A stretch of DNA of 64,000 bases, from the NCBI RefSeq assembly GCF_004010195.1, contig NC_057710.1, forward strand, positions 155,403,057 to 155,467,056, in the 5' to 3' direction. The notes beneath the pieces are model-generated. The model had not been told where the DNA came from, ran no database searches, and worked only from the letters and a program-made list of their open reading frames with translations. Below, one piece after another: positions 23,881 through 37,639 of the stretch. The translations under genes and the position numbers were made by a program. This DNA is from Chiloscyllium plagiosum. Taxonomy: Eukaryota. Position 1 is the stretch's first letter, and the number at the start of each line of letters is the position of its first letter.

Positions 23881-25369
23881 ACTACATACAGCTTAGTAAA
23901 AGCAAAGTCCTGTGGATGCTGGGTATCTGAAGTCAAAACATAAAGTGCTCCATAAACTCAGCTAGTCTGTCATCGTCTGTAGACAGAGAAACAAAGATAA
24001 CATTTTCAGTCCAGTATGACCGTTCTTTGGAACTAAAGACAATGCAAGAAGCTGCACAAAAGAGCTGGTTATTGTAATTGTTAATTCCTTTCACCACAAT
24101 CATGTCAAGGTAAGGCAAATACCACACTGTCCATGGCTCCTTGGCTGTTTTGTGTATCAGACTCCTAGCAGGTTGCTGCTGCAGGTGTAAGTAAGACTGC
24201 CTGGTGGGGTCGGGTTAGTATAGGGAGGAATAAAAGCAAGTGTGATTCCTTACACTAGGATTACAGTGAAGAATATCCTCTCATAGTCAGGGATGGATGT
24301 CTCATAGTACTGAGGAGGAAAGGTGTGCGTGAGAGTGGTGTCCGGTTTCACTAGAGCTGGCGTAAGAGGCACAGTGTCTCCTTACTGGGGTCTGCGGTTT
24401 AGAGAGAAGTGACTCCTTATGCTGGAGCTGGGAGAAACGTTAACTGGTGTTTGAGCAAGGGCTGAAGGACCCTGGAATGACCTTGTGATAAATTCACCAA
24501 GCAGTTCTTCACTGGGCATAAATAGCACAGTTTGGGCAGAGTTAGAGGAAGGAAGACAAACATATAGACAGCCAGGCTGAACTCTAGTCCCATGAGTTAG
24601 AAACGCACGCTTGTGGAATAGACAGACGCGTATTAGGCAGTAGAGTTCATTGGAATGGTCTTCAATAATGTACAGGTTGTTCTGCTATAATACGTGTTTT
24701 GTTAATGTGAATTCACTGTAACATGATTGACAAATTGGGGATGTTGTTTCTAAAGCATGAACTTTTAAAATGTGTGTTGGCTGTCATGCGATCACATCGC
24801 CAATACTTTCAGTGCTGTTTCTAAAGTGTGACTTTTCAATAACATGGGCTTGCACAAGAAACAACCATTGCGTTATGGAAGAACTGACTGTAACAATAAC
24901 ATTAAAGACAGTTCGTGACCCTGCCTTCTGCTTGACTAATCCATCTTGGAGCCAACCTCATGGATGTGGATGTAAACCTACACACCAAGAGAGGGTGTGA
25001 ATGTAAATGTGAACTGGAGGACAGGCTAGAGGCAAGGGAAACCCCTTCGAGGAGTGGCCCCTCAGAGGAAAGGACACCAATTGCTCAGCATATATAGGCA
25101 AAATATTTTGCATTGTACCCACTCCATAGATTTGCACACCTTTGAAAGTAACTAATTTGCAAGCAGAGAAAAATCAATATTGTAGTGTGTACTCGCCTCT
25201 CCCAGTCAGACAAACAAGATGGTCAATGGTCTGCAGTGGTCCCCGGATAAGTGCTGCTTTAATCCATTGGTTAAAACTGTTAAACAGGAACACAAAGATG
25301 TTTGACTTGCACATCATAACAAGGTTGGATTTTTTTATGATAAAAAAATTAATGTAAAAATGAGAAAAG

Positions 25370-25762
25370 AGTTATGGAGTTATTGAGTTGTAAAGCACAG
25401 AAACAGACCCTTCAGTTCAACTTGATCATGCCGATCAGATATTCCCAAATTAAGCTAGCCCCATTTGCCAGCATTTTGCCAGTACTGTATCCCTCTAACC
25501 CCTTCCTATTCATCCTGATGCCTTCTAAATGTTGTAATTGTACCAGCCTCCACCACTTCCTGTTGCAGCTCATTCCATACACACACCACCCTCTGTGTGA
25601 AAAAGTTACTCCCTCCGTTCCCTTTTAAATCTTTCTGCTTTCCCCGTAAACCCATGCCCTCTGGTTTTGAATTTCCTCTACCCTGGGGAACAGAATCGGC
25701 TATTCACCCGATTCATGCCCCTCATGATTTTACAAACCTCTATGAGATCGCCCCTCAACCTC
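25370..25762 (-). mobile_element. CR1/HER1 LINE 3' end
   Basis: cagcac(g/a)gaaacagacccttc...accagcctccaccacttcc family, also at 35281, 48835, 52171, 59945 and 60718. Confidence 0.85.
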
Positions 25763-26759
25763 AGAAGGATGTCGAGGATGGATTTCCCCTCATGAAGAAC
25801 TGACAGTCACTCAGTCTCTTTGCTCAAGATTCGTCCGTGCACTGGTGTCATATGCTCAAGGTAAGTCCCAGATGCTATTAGCCCTCTATAGGCAATCTGC
25901 CTGACAGAGAATCACAGTGTCTCTGTAACAAGAGAAAGATTCAAGGCAGCCATGTTGTGTCTGTACAGAGTTGTTCAGTGGAATGCCCGATGCAGTGGGG
26001 TCTTGGATCATAGGCTGTCAAATTTATAGGCAGTTCAAGTCAGAGATTATTTGTGGGTCTGAGCAGAGGGAGTTCTCTGGGAATCTTTCATACAAGTCCA
26101 AAGTGGACATGACTGAGGAGCATCTCATCCACCATCACAACCACTACCAGCAATGGCAAACAGCCCCTCCCCCAGAGAAAGGATGCGTTTGGAAATTTGT
26201 GTCAAGATTAGAGTGGTGCTGGAAATGCGCAGCAGGTCAGGCAGCACCCGAGGAACAGGAAAATCTGGCAGGATTATTTCCAAATTTTCTACAAGGGGAA
26301 ATAACCATCATTCAAAGTCAAAAATATCTCACCTCAATCCCTCTGGGAACCTCAGAACCACTGCCACTCTCGGACATGTTTTCAGATACAAAATAAGTGC
26401 CAGGAAGGTGACCTTGCTCCACAGCAACAGTAGGTACCTGTAATCCTTGCCAGCAAAATGTTTTTGGCATTGATGCAGCATATGCAAAATTACTTGGGAC
26501 AAAGTGCAGGATGCCTTTATGAAGGATTAAGGTAACTGTTTCCAAATCACAGCCCTGGAGAGCTTCCTGCTAATGAGTTGAATGTGTTCCCAACTGGGGA
26601 TGTGGCGACAGGAATCATTTGCTGTAAACTTCATTTTAATGACTGTGATGGTTCCACAGTTCAGTTCAAACACTGCTGACAGCAATCGAGAGTTCTGCAA
26701 GGAGGATTGTGTGCATGGGTTGGAGGCCAATAGACATCCTTCCTGAACGTTATCCTCCT

Positions 26760-27132
26760 TATTTTTCAATGGATTCATGGGATACGGGAGTTACTGGCTG
26801 GGCCAGTGTTCATTGCTTATCCTTAATTGCTCAGAGACCAGTTAAGGGTCATCCAAAGTGCTGTGGGTCTGGAGTCACCTATAGTCCAGACCGAGTAAAG
26901 AAAGCAAAAGAAAGTAAAGAAAGTAGATTTCTTCCCTAAAAGGGATCAGTGAACCAGATGAGTGTTACCAGAACAGCAGTGGTTATATGGTCACCATTAG
27001 GCTAGCTTTTTATTGAATTCTAATCTCAACAGATCTCAAATCTCAAGGTGGGATTTGAATCCATATCTCCAGAACATTAACTTAGGGGTCTGAAATACAA
27101 CTGCAGTGACATTACCACTATATTACCATCTC
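26760..27132 (-). mobile_element. SINE, same family as 9583-9926
   Basis: Reverse complement of that tail (ctggctgggccag...ccttaattg) and body (gggtctggagtcac). Confidence 0.65.
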
Positions 27133-27890
27133 CTGGCTCTCTAAGTGTCTCCCAGTCTCCAAGTATAATCCTATTAGTTCCCGTAGCATTGAGCACAGCC
27201 ATAATTTTCAAATAACATCTGGTCAAAGAAATTATAACACTTCAAAGCAATTTAAGATTTGTACATTTCTTTTAAGCTTCTAAAAGCTTTCGAGATTTTT
27301 CATTCAAAATGACTAAAAGTTTGGTATAATTAAAAGCAACTTTATAGAATATATATAAGGAACATAATTATCGGTTAAACTTCAGTAAGGATGCCCAGAG
27401 AAAGATTCCAGTACAGTAATCTGGGCAAAAGGACAATGTAGAGACAGAAAGGCTCAAGTCTCTGAATCATGCTCCATCTACGTGCTATCATTAACTCCTG
27501 TGGGCCAAGGATGCAGCAATCCAGAGAATTATTCCCAGCAGGGCCAAAGGAAAAGCTATCCAGAACGTTTTTCAGATGGGTAAATTGTACCTTGAACCTT
27601 TTTCATAATATACTCTGGGCTGGGCTGATATCTCTTACATATGTTGCTGGCCAGTAATCCTGATAAGTGTGGGAATGCCATTAGCCATTATTGTGCTGAA
27701 TTGGCTGCTTGGCATTCATGGGCAGGTAGCTGTCCAATCACAATGCAGGCTCTCCAAAAATGATGTGGAGTTGGCACGGTGGCTCCAAAAGAGCTGAAGA
27801 CAGGTCCACATGCCTCCAATCCTGAGTACCGAATCCCAACTTGTTTCTAAAATGCAGCTCCTTAATTCCTCACTGGGTTAAACAAGTAAG

Positions 27891-28411
27891 ATGTGGAGGA
27901 GCCGGTGTTGGACAGGTGTGTACATAGTTAAAAATCCCATAACACCAGGTTACAGTCCCAACAGGTTTATTTGGAAGCACTAGCTTTCGGAGCGCTGCTC
28001 CTTCATCAGGTGGCTAGTGGGACAGGATCATAGGACACAGAATTTAATCACTTAGAATGAGTTGCAGGTTTCAATTCATTAATATGTAAATCTCAGAACT
28101 CCTTTCAAGTCACATTCCTGAGATAACTTCAGGTTTTATAATAAAAAGGTGACATCTCAGCTCAGACAATGCACTCTGGGGCATACACATTAATGAATTG
28201 AAACCTGCATCCCCATTCTAAGTGATTAAAGATTTAACAGCAATCTAGCTTTATTCAATACATCACATTCAGTTGTATGACACTTTGATCTTTTACTATA
28301 AATTCTGCTTCCTATGATCCTGCCCCACTAGCTCCCTGATGAAGGAGCAGCGCTCCGAAAGCTAGTGCTTCCAAATAAACCTGTTGCACGATAACCTGGT
28401 ATTGTGTGATT
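27891..28411. mobile_element. Fold-back PLE (family B) with two opposed hammerheads
   Basis: Inverted arms; TSD ttaaacaa(g/t)taag at 27878-27890 and 28412-28424. Confidence 0.85.
27978..28012 (-). ncRNA. Minimal hammerhead ribozyme motif (PLE family B); + strand twin at 28333-28367
   Basis: cac-CTGATGA-a-ggagc-agc-gctcc-GAAAGCTA-gtg; stem I cac/gtg; stem III palindrome AGCT. Confidence 0.75.
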
Positions 28412-28784
28412 TTAAACAATTAAGGGAATTGGTTTTTTTTTAATGTTTTCCACAAATGAGTAATCATTTCATTAAAGTAGCTCAAATATTACTGAAGCCT
28501 TGGTTAAGATAGTTTTGTAAAATGAACATATTCTAATGGGGATTAACCATGCACTGAACAGCAGGACAGCTGACAAACACAATGCATGTCCCACTAACTA
28601 CCACTCTCTGGGCTCTAGTAGGACTGCCATGCACATATCTCAGTACCTCAGAGATTACTAGAGTGATCCCACTAATGGTTGTCAGCTCCCTTAGCATTTC
28701 AGTGCTTTGTCTGTGATATGGATGATAGGAACAATAAAAATAAGCTTCTCTGAAATGATATTTGCAAGCAAGCATTTCTTAGAT

Positions 28785-29088
28785 CTTAGTCCTTCAGCCC
28801 AACAACTCCAAACTGACCCTCTGAAGAATATCCCACCCAAACCCATTCTCCACTACTCTACATTTACCCCCAACTAATGCACCTAATCTACACATCCCTG
28901 AACACTATGGGCAATTTAGCATGGCCAATTCACCTAACCTGCACATCTTTGGACTGTGGGAGGAAACCCGCACAGATACAGGGAGAATGTGCAAACTCTA
29001 CACAGACAGTCGCCCGAGGCTGGAATCGAACCTGGGTCCCTGGCACTGTGAGACAGCATTGCTAACCACTGAGCCACCACGCCACCCC
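28785..29088 (-). mobile_element. HE1-type tRNA-derived SINE
   Basis: Minus strand ggggtggcgtggtggctcagtggttagca (A box), ggttcgattcc (B box) and central ggccatgctaaattgcc. Confidence 0.9.
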
Positions 29089-30089
29089 ATTTACAATCCA
29101 TCTTCAAATTACACATATTGAACACAGGAACAGCAAGACTCAAGTGAGCCATTGAATGACTTGAGCCTGTTCTGTTATTCCATTTACCTACCTTCAGTCT
29201 GTACATCTTAATAACCATACCTAATGAAAATCCAAACATTGCAGTCTGGGAAATTCGATGTAACCAGTGTGCCCAATCCTTTTGGTGGGTAAGTTCCAGA
29301 TTTCCAGTATCTGCCTGTGTCAAAATATACTTTCTGATTTCATAAAAAATAGAGTATTTTTATAACAAACTCTATACTGTTTTAAGTTGAGATAATGGAC
29401 ATAAAACAGCAAAATATTTTACAAGCTATATTAAGGGACTGGGTGCAGGGGATTCCAATTTGTAATGTATAACAGATTAAGAGTTTTTAAAACCTGATGA
29501 TGGTTGTGAGCAAATGTTTCAAAATTCCATAACATAAAGAAGATGCATGTGACCACCACCACATGTGGCTAACTCTCCAACACCATCTTGACTGAAATTG
29601 GATCAGCGTTCGTTCAGAGTTACTGGTTTAAAAACTGAAGGTGCCTCACCAACAGCATTGTGGCTGTTCCCACAACATTGTGGCTGTGGGCGAACTGCAG
29701 AAGTTCATGGAGGCAGCTGGTCACCACCCTTCTCCAGAGGAACTGGGCATGAGCAACAAACGCTGGCCTAGCCAGCAATGCTGACATCCCACAAAAATAT
29801 CAAAGCATTTAGGAATATATGGTTGAAACAAGGATGGCCATCAGAGGTTTGTTAACGGCAGTTCATACTTGACAAATCGAATGGAGTTTTTTTTGTTTTG
29901 AAGAAGTGACCAGATAAATAATGGTAAAATGTGAGGAATCTAATTTATATGTATTTCATGAAACCATTTAATAAATCATTTCAAACTTCTTGCTGGAAAT
30001 GCAGGTGTATGGTATAAGCAGAAATGTAGTCGCATGGATAGAAAGTTAATTGAATGAAAGAAAATTCAGACTTCAAATAATTTGGTGTT

Positions 30090-31260
30090 TCAGATAGTAA
30101 GCTTAGTAGGTGGATTTGAGTTTGGTGAGCAGGGAGTTAAGTGAAGGGGAGAGGAAGTGCTTATCTCTTCTACTTTTCTCATGCTCCAGGGTTTGGTTCT
30201 TATTTCACTGCAGCAGAAAGAACTGGTTGGTAACTGACTGGTACGTTGTTCTACGTATAATAAGCAGTTTGTAAAGTTAAGGTATGGCAGGGCGCCTTGG
30301 CTGAGTGGAATACACAGCCAGTAACAATTGGGAAGTCATGAACCTAACACCTACCTTAGACAAACATATCTTCAGGAAATGCCCCTGGATGTACAAGCTG
30401 TGACTATGGGTTTTGGAACCCGAGGGGTGACTGGAGTCACCCTGAAAGACAGTGAGCATTCACAGACATAGAGAATCAGAAACTACCTGACAATCTAAGA
30501 GAATCAGGTAAGCAATCTAGTTCACCGAGATGATCTTGCTCATTAATCAGTTTTCTGATTTGGATATTGGTGAGGGTGATAACTCCTCAAAAAATGTGGT
30601 CCGAGCCAGGTCCATGATCCCGTGGATGGTTTGGCAGTACAGGAGGGGAGAAAGAAGAGTGGGAAAACTGTAGGGATGGGGAATTTGTCAGTCAGGAAAA
30701 TAGGCAGGCATTTCTGTGGTTATAGCCATAACTCCAGGATGTTATATTGGCTTGCTGGTGCCTGGGTCAATGATGTCACTGAGTGGCTGCAGAACATTCT
30801 TCTGGGTAAGACTGAACAGCCAGAAATTTGATCCAAATCAGTACCAAGACCACAGGTACTGAAAGCAGAGTTTAGGGATCTAGGAAGAAGATTAAAAATC
30901 AGAATCTCCAAAGTATTTGTGTTATGGTCGTTCCAGGTCCCATGTGCTTGTGAGTACCGGATTATGGAATTAAACAATTGAGCACATAGCTGGGGAAGTG
31001 ATGAGGGAGAGAGCTCATCAGATTTCTGAGACATTGAGGCTATTGAGACTGCACAAGATGGACTGGCTGCCCCTTAGCAGGACTGGGGAAAATATCCTCA
31101 GAGGGAGAATTGCTCCTGTTGTCAGGGAAGGTTTAAACTAGACTGACGGTGGGATGGGAACCTCAGAGGGATCTTAGAGTGGAAGGAGTCAAAACTGGTA
31201 ACAAGAAGTAGTCAAACATGTAGTCAGCAAACTTAGAAGATAGGCAAAGCAAAGGTAACC
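30090..31260 (+). mobile_element. Decayed CR1 5' UTR / ORF1 (esterase) region
   Basis: aggcatttctgtgg...cctggtgcc..gtcaatgatgtcactgagtggctgcag-type CR1 ORF1 motifs; many stops. Confidence 0.6.
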
Positions 31261-31319
31261 AGCAGGAAATCTTCCTGCTCACATTTGACTTGATGCCATG
31301 AGATTTCATGGAGTCAACA

Positions 31320-31573
31320 TTCAAAGAACCCCTACAGTGCAGAAACAGACTATTCAGACCCTCCCAGCCAGACCCATCCCTCTCCCCATAATCCTGCATT
31401 TTCCATGGCTAATCCAGACTGGGCAATTTATCACAGTCACCCCACCTAACCACACATCTTTGGATTATGGGAGGATACCCACACAGACTCCGGGAGTCAC
31501 TCGAGACTGGAATTGAACCCAGATTCCTTGTGTTGTCCAGCAACAGTGCTAACCACTGAGCCACTGTGCTGCC
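31320..31573 (-). mobile_element. HE1-type SINE (diverged)
   Basis: gtgctaaccactgagccac head and ggaattgaaccc B box on the minus strand. Confidence 0.8.
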
Positions 31574-32984
31574 CAGTCCAATGCTTGCCCAACTGTATAT
31601 GCGTGACATTTCAGGGCAGGCCTGCAGAGTGTACAGGCAAATGGCTTAATCAATTTCATACCGAGAAATGGGAAAATGTAAATTTTGGTCATAGGTTAGA
31701 AATGTGCTAAACGACCACAGAAGTGTGTGGATTAACAAAAACAAGGGATAGAGTACAAGAATAAGGAAATGATTATGACATTTCTTTTGTAAAATATTGG
31801 TAGGTTGACAGTAACTGATATTCTGTCCATTTGTTGTCTCCAGGCTGTCTCCAGGCTGTCTGTTGCCCTGCACTGTTCAGTTCAGCAACACGTGGATGGA
31901 CTTTTATTGAGGTTATTGTTTGTGGCTGGTGGTTGTTGCTATGTCTCTACCCTGTGGCAGTGAAGTTCAGTGATTAGGAGCCATCAATTCAAAATTGTTA
32001 CTCTGGCAGTGAGCAGCAAGGCATCTCTTGATCAGGAGAGTTGTTGTGCCATGATGTTTTTAAGACAGGAACGATTAAGTGTTGCAACCCTAAAATAGAA
32101 ATTGGATGAATATTTACTGCAGAGGGAAGTACGTTGCTTGGTGAGAGCATGAGGTAGTGGGATTGGTTTCAGGATGTTTTTGGGAAGAAGGGAATGCAGA
32201 CCCTTTGATCAAATGTGCTCAGCTTTGACGGTTAATGCAAGTCCTTTTATTCTCTTCTTTGAAGAATTCTTACGGGGAGTTCTGGATCTGGTTCTGGCTC
32301 TTGTGTTGCACCTCCTGAAATCTAAATGGGAGATAATGGTTTCCCGAAGTCGGGAGAGAGCTGAAAGCAGCCTTTTCTCTATAAAGCTGCTTTAACTTAC
32401 ACTGAATACAAAATGCAAGCTGAACAAGAGTGACCCCCGTAAAATAGAACAGTCTCAGACAGTGTCTGGGTCTGTAAATGTCAGGATCTGGCGGGTTGAA
32501 TTTTATGGGATTTGATGCTCTACGTGCAGGAATATTGATGCTCTACACTGCCTTTATTGTTGGTTCCCTCAAGGCTGCCTGTGTCTCACAGATCTATTCA
32601 TTTAAAATTTGGTCAGGAGAATACAGCATAATAAATTCCAAGTGAGTAAATGTGCACAGCGCTGTTACTCTGCAGGCATCTCTAACTCAAATGGTTAGGC
32701 AGGTCCAGCCAGCCTTCACGGGATGTTGTTAGTTCAGTCCAAGCGGAATAAATGCAAATCAATTTGTTTCTTCCTGATACTCAGTTCACACGAGGGACAC
32801 ACTCACAACTGCATTTCATTGGAAACCCCTTCCCACGATTTGCAAGATGATAGCGTATGCAACATTTCATCTGAGTTGCATTGGAAAAGAAACAAAGCTG
32901 CGATGATATCAAACAGTCCAGAGTATTGACCAGTCAGAGACTGAATGCCATACTGTCACAGACTGGTCAGCCTCTCTCCCGTGG

Positions 32985-33305
32985 GGTTACTCAGCTGCTG
33001 CCCCTGTGCCCACTCAGCCACAGCAGCCCAATTTGAAAATTCATCTCCTTGTTTTCATGGCCTAACCCTCCCCCACCAGCCACCTCCCTGCTCAATAATT
33101 ATCACAAGTCCCTCTGAAATCTCTGTGCTCCTCAAATTCCCGCCATTCGCACATCCCTGATATCTCAATTTCTCCCCACCACCCCAATCATGCCTTCAAG
33201 GCCCATAGCTCTAGAATTCCTTACTTTGATCTTTCTGTAGCGCTGTCACTCACATTTGAAGATGCTCATTGAAACCTACATCTTTTGTCAAGCTTATGTC
33301 ACCTA
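32985..33305 (+). mobile_element. L2 LINE 3' fragment
   Basis: aaaattcatctccttgttttc...ctctagaattcc...tttgaagatgctcattgaaacctacatctttt matches the L2 ORF2 end (WNSL..FK..LKT.LF). Confidence 0.6.
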
Positions 33306-33317
33306 TGAGACATCTTC

Positions 33318-33665
33318 ATGCTCTGGATGTAGGTTTGCTCGCTGAGCTGGAAGGTTTGTTTTCAGATGTTTCGTCATCATACCGGGTAACATCATCAGTG
33401 AGCCTCTGGATGAAGCACTGGTGGCATGGCTTGCTTTTTATTTGTATGTTTAGGTTTGCTTGGGTTGATGATGTCATTTCCTATGGTGATTTCATTTCCT
33501 TTTTTTGTCGGGGTGGTAAATGGGATCCAAGTCAATGTGTTTGTTGATAAAGTTCCTGTTGGAATGCCATGCTTCTAGGAATTCTCGTGCGTGTCTGTTT
33601 GGCTTGTCCTAGCATGGATATGTTGTCTCAGTCAAAGTGGTGTCCTTCCTTATCTGTATGTAAGT
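33318..33665 (-). mobile_element. PLE (family C-related): GIY-YIG C-terminus plus pLTR with hammerhead (33362-33401)
   Basis: Minus strand HTDKEGHHFD*DNISMLGQAKQ/AREFLEAWHSNRNFINKHIDLDPIY; tca-CTGATGA...GAAACATC-tga. Confidence 0.85.
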
Positions 33666-35027
33666 GGGTTCATGTGGGTTGGGTGTTGAGTACTGTAGTG
33701 TGCCGTAATACTTGGAATGTCTTGCTGTGTTAAATGTGCTGTATAAATGCAGTTGCTACGGCTGTTCTGATAAATTGGCAGAACTGCTGGTATGATGTGC
33801 TTGAAAGGCTATGACTGTAACTCATTCCTTTTCTGGATCCCAGAAATATCAGGTTCTGTATCTCATTTCCAACCACAGGCCTTTTAAATCCCAAGCTTGA
33901 TCTCTTGCACCCAGTACCGCCTCCTGTCTTTGGTTTTGTGTCCGCTCAGTATCGTGTTCTGTAGCCCCTGGCCCTCCCCTGGATATTTGTCCATTTGGCT
34001 CAGTGTGGAACATGCTTGCCTCTTGAGTCTGACATTTGTGAGGTTCAAACCGCACTCATGATAACAATCTCAGATAATACTGAACTTATATTGTACATAA
34101 TATGGCAGCATCGATGGAAGGGTCACTCAATGTGAAACCACAACATTGATTTCTCTTCACAGATGCTGCCAGACCTGCTGAGCTTTTCCAGCAATTTCTG
34201 TTTCTGTTTTTGATTTTCAGTTTTTACTTTACATAATGTCCTTGATCATATTGTGCTGCTATAGGATAGTTATTGAGCCTACCAGAAAAACATTAACTTT
34301 CTGAAAGAAATGTCTCTGTAAGAAACAAGTGGCTCCAACTTGCCATGAGGCTGCAAGATAGAATAAGATCATGTGATATTGCCTCACTTCCTGTAATGGT
34401 TCATGCTGCCATTAATTCATGGCACTGTATTATGGGGAGCAGTCATCTAAGTGAAATGTTCAACTGAGGTCAGGAGGGAATCTTCAGGCGCCATTGATAT
34501 GAAGTTCTGTGTGAGAAGGCCCAAGATTGACCTACCCATCCTGTTGCCAATTCCCCAGAGGGAAGGAAAACAGAAAAAAGAAACTAATACATGGGAATGA
34601 ATGTTACTTTTCATACTGGAGCATTGTTCTGAGGTAAACATGACAAACTGGGCCAGTAGGTGTCGTTCACAGGTCTTACTGGTTTTTCCTCCTGAACAAT
34701 CCTTGACTGGACAATGAGAATTTAAAGTGCTGGCAGCTGGGGTTAGGTTGGGATATCTGGTTGGCATGGACAAATTGGATCGAATGGGCTGTTTCAATGC
34801 TGTACACCTCTCTGATTCTCTGATATCTATTAGCTTTATTGTCACATGTACTCAAATGAGTATAGTGAAAAGTTTACAAGTCACCATTTATGGCACCATC
34901 TTAGGTCCAGAGTCTTCAGTACAAATTCACAGGGAAGAGACAAATGAGAAGAATAAAGAAATAAAAACTTCTTTCAGCTCTAGGTTGGATGTAAAAGTGT
35001 TGCTCCACCAACAGGTAAACCAACACA

Positions 35028-35245
35028 AGGAGAAAGTCAGGACTGCAGATGCTGGAGATCAGAGACAAAAGGTGTGGTGCTGGAAAAGCACAGCCGGTCA
35101 GGCAGCATCTGAGGAGTAGGACAGTCGATGTTTTGAGCATAAGCCCTTCATCGGGAATGTGTAAGAGCTCATGCCCGAAACGTTGACTCTCCTGCTCCTC
35201 GGATGCTGCCTGACTGGCTGTGCTTTTCCAAATTCACACTCTTTG
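35028..35245. mobile_element. Fold-back PLE (family A)
   Basis: Inverted arms; TSD aca(g/a)gtaaaccaa(c/t)aca at 35011-35027 and 35246-35262. Confidence 0.8.
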
Positions 35246-35280
35246 ACAAGTAAACCAATACAGCCAGCTGGGAGTTTTTG

Positions 35281-35660
35281 TCATAGAAACATACAGCACG
35301 GAAACAGACCCTTCGGTCCAACTCATCCATGCTGACCAGATATCCTAAATTAATCTAGTTACATTTGCCAACACTTGGCCCATATCCCTCCAAATCTTTC
35401 CTATTCATATACCCATCCAGATGCCTCTTAAATGTTGCAATTGTACCAGCCTCCACCACATCCTCTGGCAGCTCATTCCATACACGTACCACCCTCTGGA
35501 TGAAAGAGTTGCCCCTTAGGTCTCTTTTATATCTTTCCCCCTCACCCTAAACTTATGCCCTCTAGTTCTGGACTCCCCCATTCCAGGTAGAAGACTTTGT
35601 CTATTTACCCTACCCATGCTCCTCATGATTTTATAAACCTCTAGAAGGTCACCCCTCATT
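35281..35660 (-). mobile_element. CR1/HER1 LINE 3' end
   Basis: Same family as 25370 and 52171. Confidence 0.9.
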
Positions 35661-37383
35661 TTCGTTAAAAACAGAACATGTGGAACTGCCAGTATCTGTG
35701 GAGAGGGAAACAGAGTTGATGTTCCACGTCAGTGATCTGGTTTATTTCAGATATCCAGCACCTGGAGCATATTCTTTCTGTGCTACCATAAAAAGCAAAC
35801 TAATTGGTCATTAATTTCATTGAAACGTTTGCAAAATAGCTGCTGCATTTGCCAACAGAAAAGATTTTAAGTAAAATCATTGTACAAGGATATATTTCTG
35901 AAAATTATAAAGTACTATTTATCGACAAATCTTTTGTATATTTCTTTCAGTTAATTTTAAATCAGCACAGGACTAGTGCTGTTAACTCTAATTGGAAGAG
36001 CTTCTAGAGACTTAATGGCATGAGCTCCTACTACTAACCACTGTCAGACAGCTTCTTTATCTGATTTGTATTATTTCTGTACTTCCATGTACAAAAACAG
36101 TGAAAAACACACCTTCTCAACTCCCCCTGACTTTTTATTCTGGGTTGCTTGTAGCAACATCCAGATTATTAACATTTATTATCTGGAGACTCTAACACAA
36201 TGCTGGAGGCTTGGGAACTGTCATAAAGTGGAGGAGGTTCAGTCTTCCAACAGCATGAATAATCAGTGTTGAATATTAATACCTGAAGCAGCTCCTAGGT
36301 CTACTCCACTCAGCAACACTCAATTATCAATGAAAGATTCATGGTTTCGTCTGTTGGTTTAGATGCAAACTAAACCCTACCCCCACTTTCTGGAAAAGTA
36401 ACATCTATTTTGTTAGAAAATGACTCCAGGACATTTAGCAGAGTTTGTACTTTATGCCTAGCAATGCGTAAATGGACACTACATGGTTATAAAGAGCTAC
36501 CTCAGACTACAGCAGAGGTTGACAATAGCCAGAATGAATCCATTGCTTAAGGCTGAACAATAAGAATGTCCAGTCATTGACTGAAAGGGTATGTTTAAAA
36601 ATATTACGAGATGCAGCCATCGCTAAGTGACCAGAAGCATCATTCTGGAAAAAATCTGACCTAGAAATTTGACCAGTGAGCAGCCTCATGTTACTTGATG
36701 CACAATGAAATTACAGAGACAAGATAATGGCAACTGCATTGAGGCAAGGATGAGGGAGGAGTTGGCAAATTAAAAACAAAAACAACAACAACAAAACCAG
36801 CATTATCTGGTCAGAGCCGTACCAGAAGCCACTGAAAGTAAGTGGGGATTAGCATGAAAATAAGAATGCTCCCTGCTTCATGAACAGCAGGCCCAACTGA
36901 TGGTCCACAAGCTCATTAAATTTTAATGAGAGCTTTAACCCAGATCTGGCTACAGGCAGCTGCTGCTGGGCTGTGGTGAAACACCCATCTCCTTTCAAAG
37001 GGTTATTCAAGGAGACAGGAAGGTTGAGAGGGTATTTGCTAAGCAATTGTCCACAAAGTACATTGGGGGGTGGCACCTTTACCAGAGGGGGCAAATGATA
37101 AATTGATTTGCATCCAAATTGGCTGCAGGAAAATGACCTTGATTAAAGAGAGGGAGGAGGTGAAGATACATATACCAACACATTTCCTGAAGGACTATAT
37201 CATTTCTGAATAACACAGTCAATGAGCCAGGGATTTAAAAGATGGATTAACTCTTCAGGTGTGACACCTTATTAAAACTTTAATGATAATCAACTTTCCT
37301 TACTCAGGCACCAACTAGTTGGCTCGGGTCTTGTGGAGCAGTGGTAGTGCTGCTACCTCAGGGCTAGGAAGTTTGGGTTTGAG

Positions 37384-37639
37384 GTAAAAACAATGACTGC
37401 AGATGCTGGAAACCAGATTCTGGATTAGTGGTGCTGGAAGAGCACAGCAGTTCAGGCAGCATCCAAGGAGCTCGAAATCGACGTTTTGGGCAAAAGCCCT
37501 TCATCAAGAATAAAGGCAGTGAGCCTGAAGCGTGGAGAGATAAGCTATTCCTGATGAAGGGCTTTTGCCCGAAACGTCGATTTCGAAGCTCCTTGGATGC
37601 TGCCTGAACTGCTGTGCTCTTCCAGCACCACTAATCCAG
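37384..37639. mobile_element. Young fold-back PLE (family A) inserted into a tRNA-like SINE head
   Basis: About 90-bp near-perfect inverted arms; TSD agttt(g/c)ggtttgag at 37370-37383 and 37640-37653; host gtggagcagtggtagtg A-box at about 37333. Confidence 0.85.
37547..37582 (+). ncRNA. Intact minimal hammerhead ribozyme motif (PLE family A)
   Basis: CTGATGA (37551) a-gggc-tttt-gccc GAAACGTC (37571-37578). Confidence 0.75.

Noticed and set aside
24102-24192. ATG TCA AG|GTAAGG and a nearby GTAAGT donor
   Set aside because: Isolated donor matches without a convincing acceptor or promoter context.
32150-32170. let-7-like tgaggtagt
   Set aside because: Lies in a decayed CR1-like 3' UTR; no hairpin.
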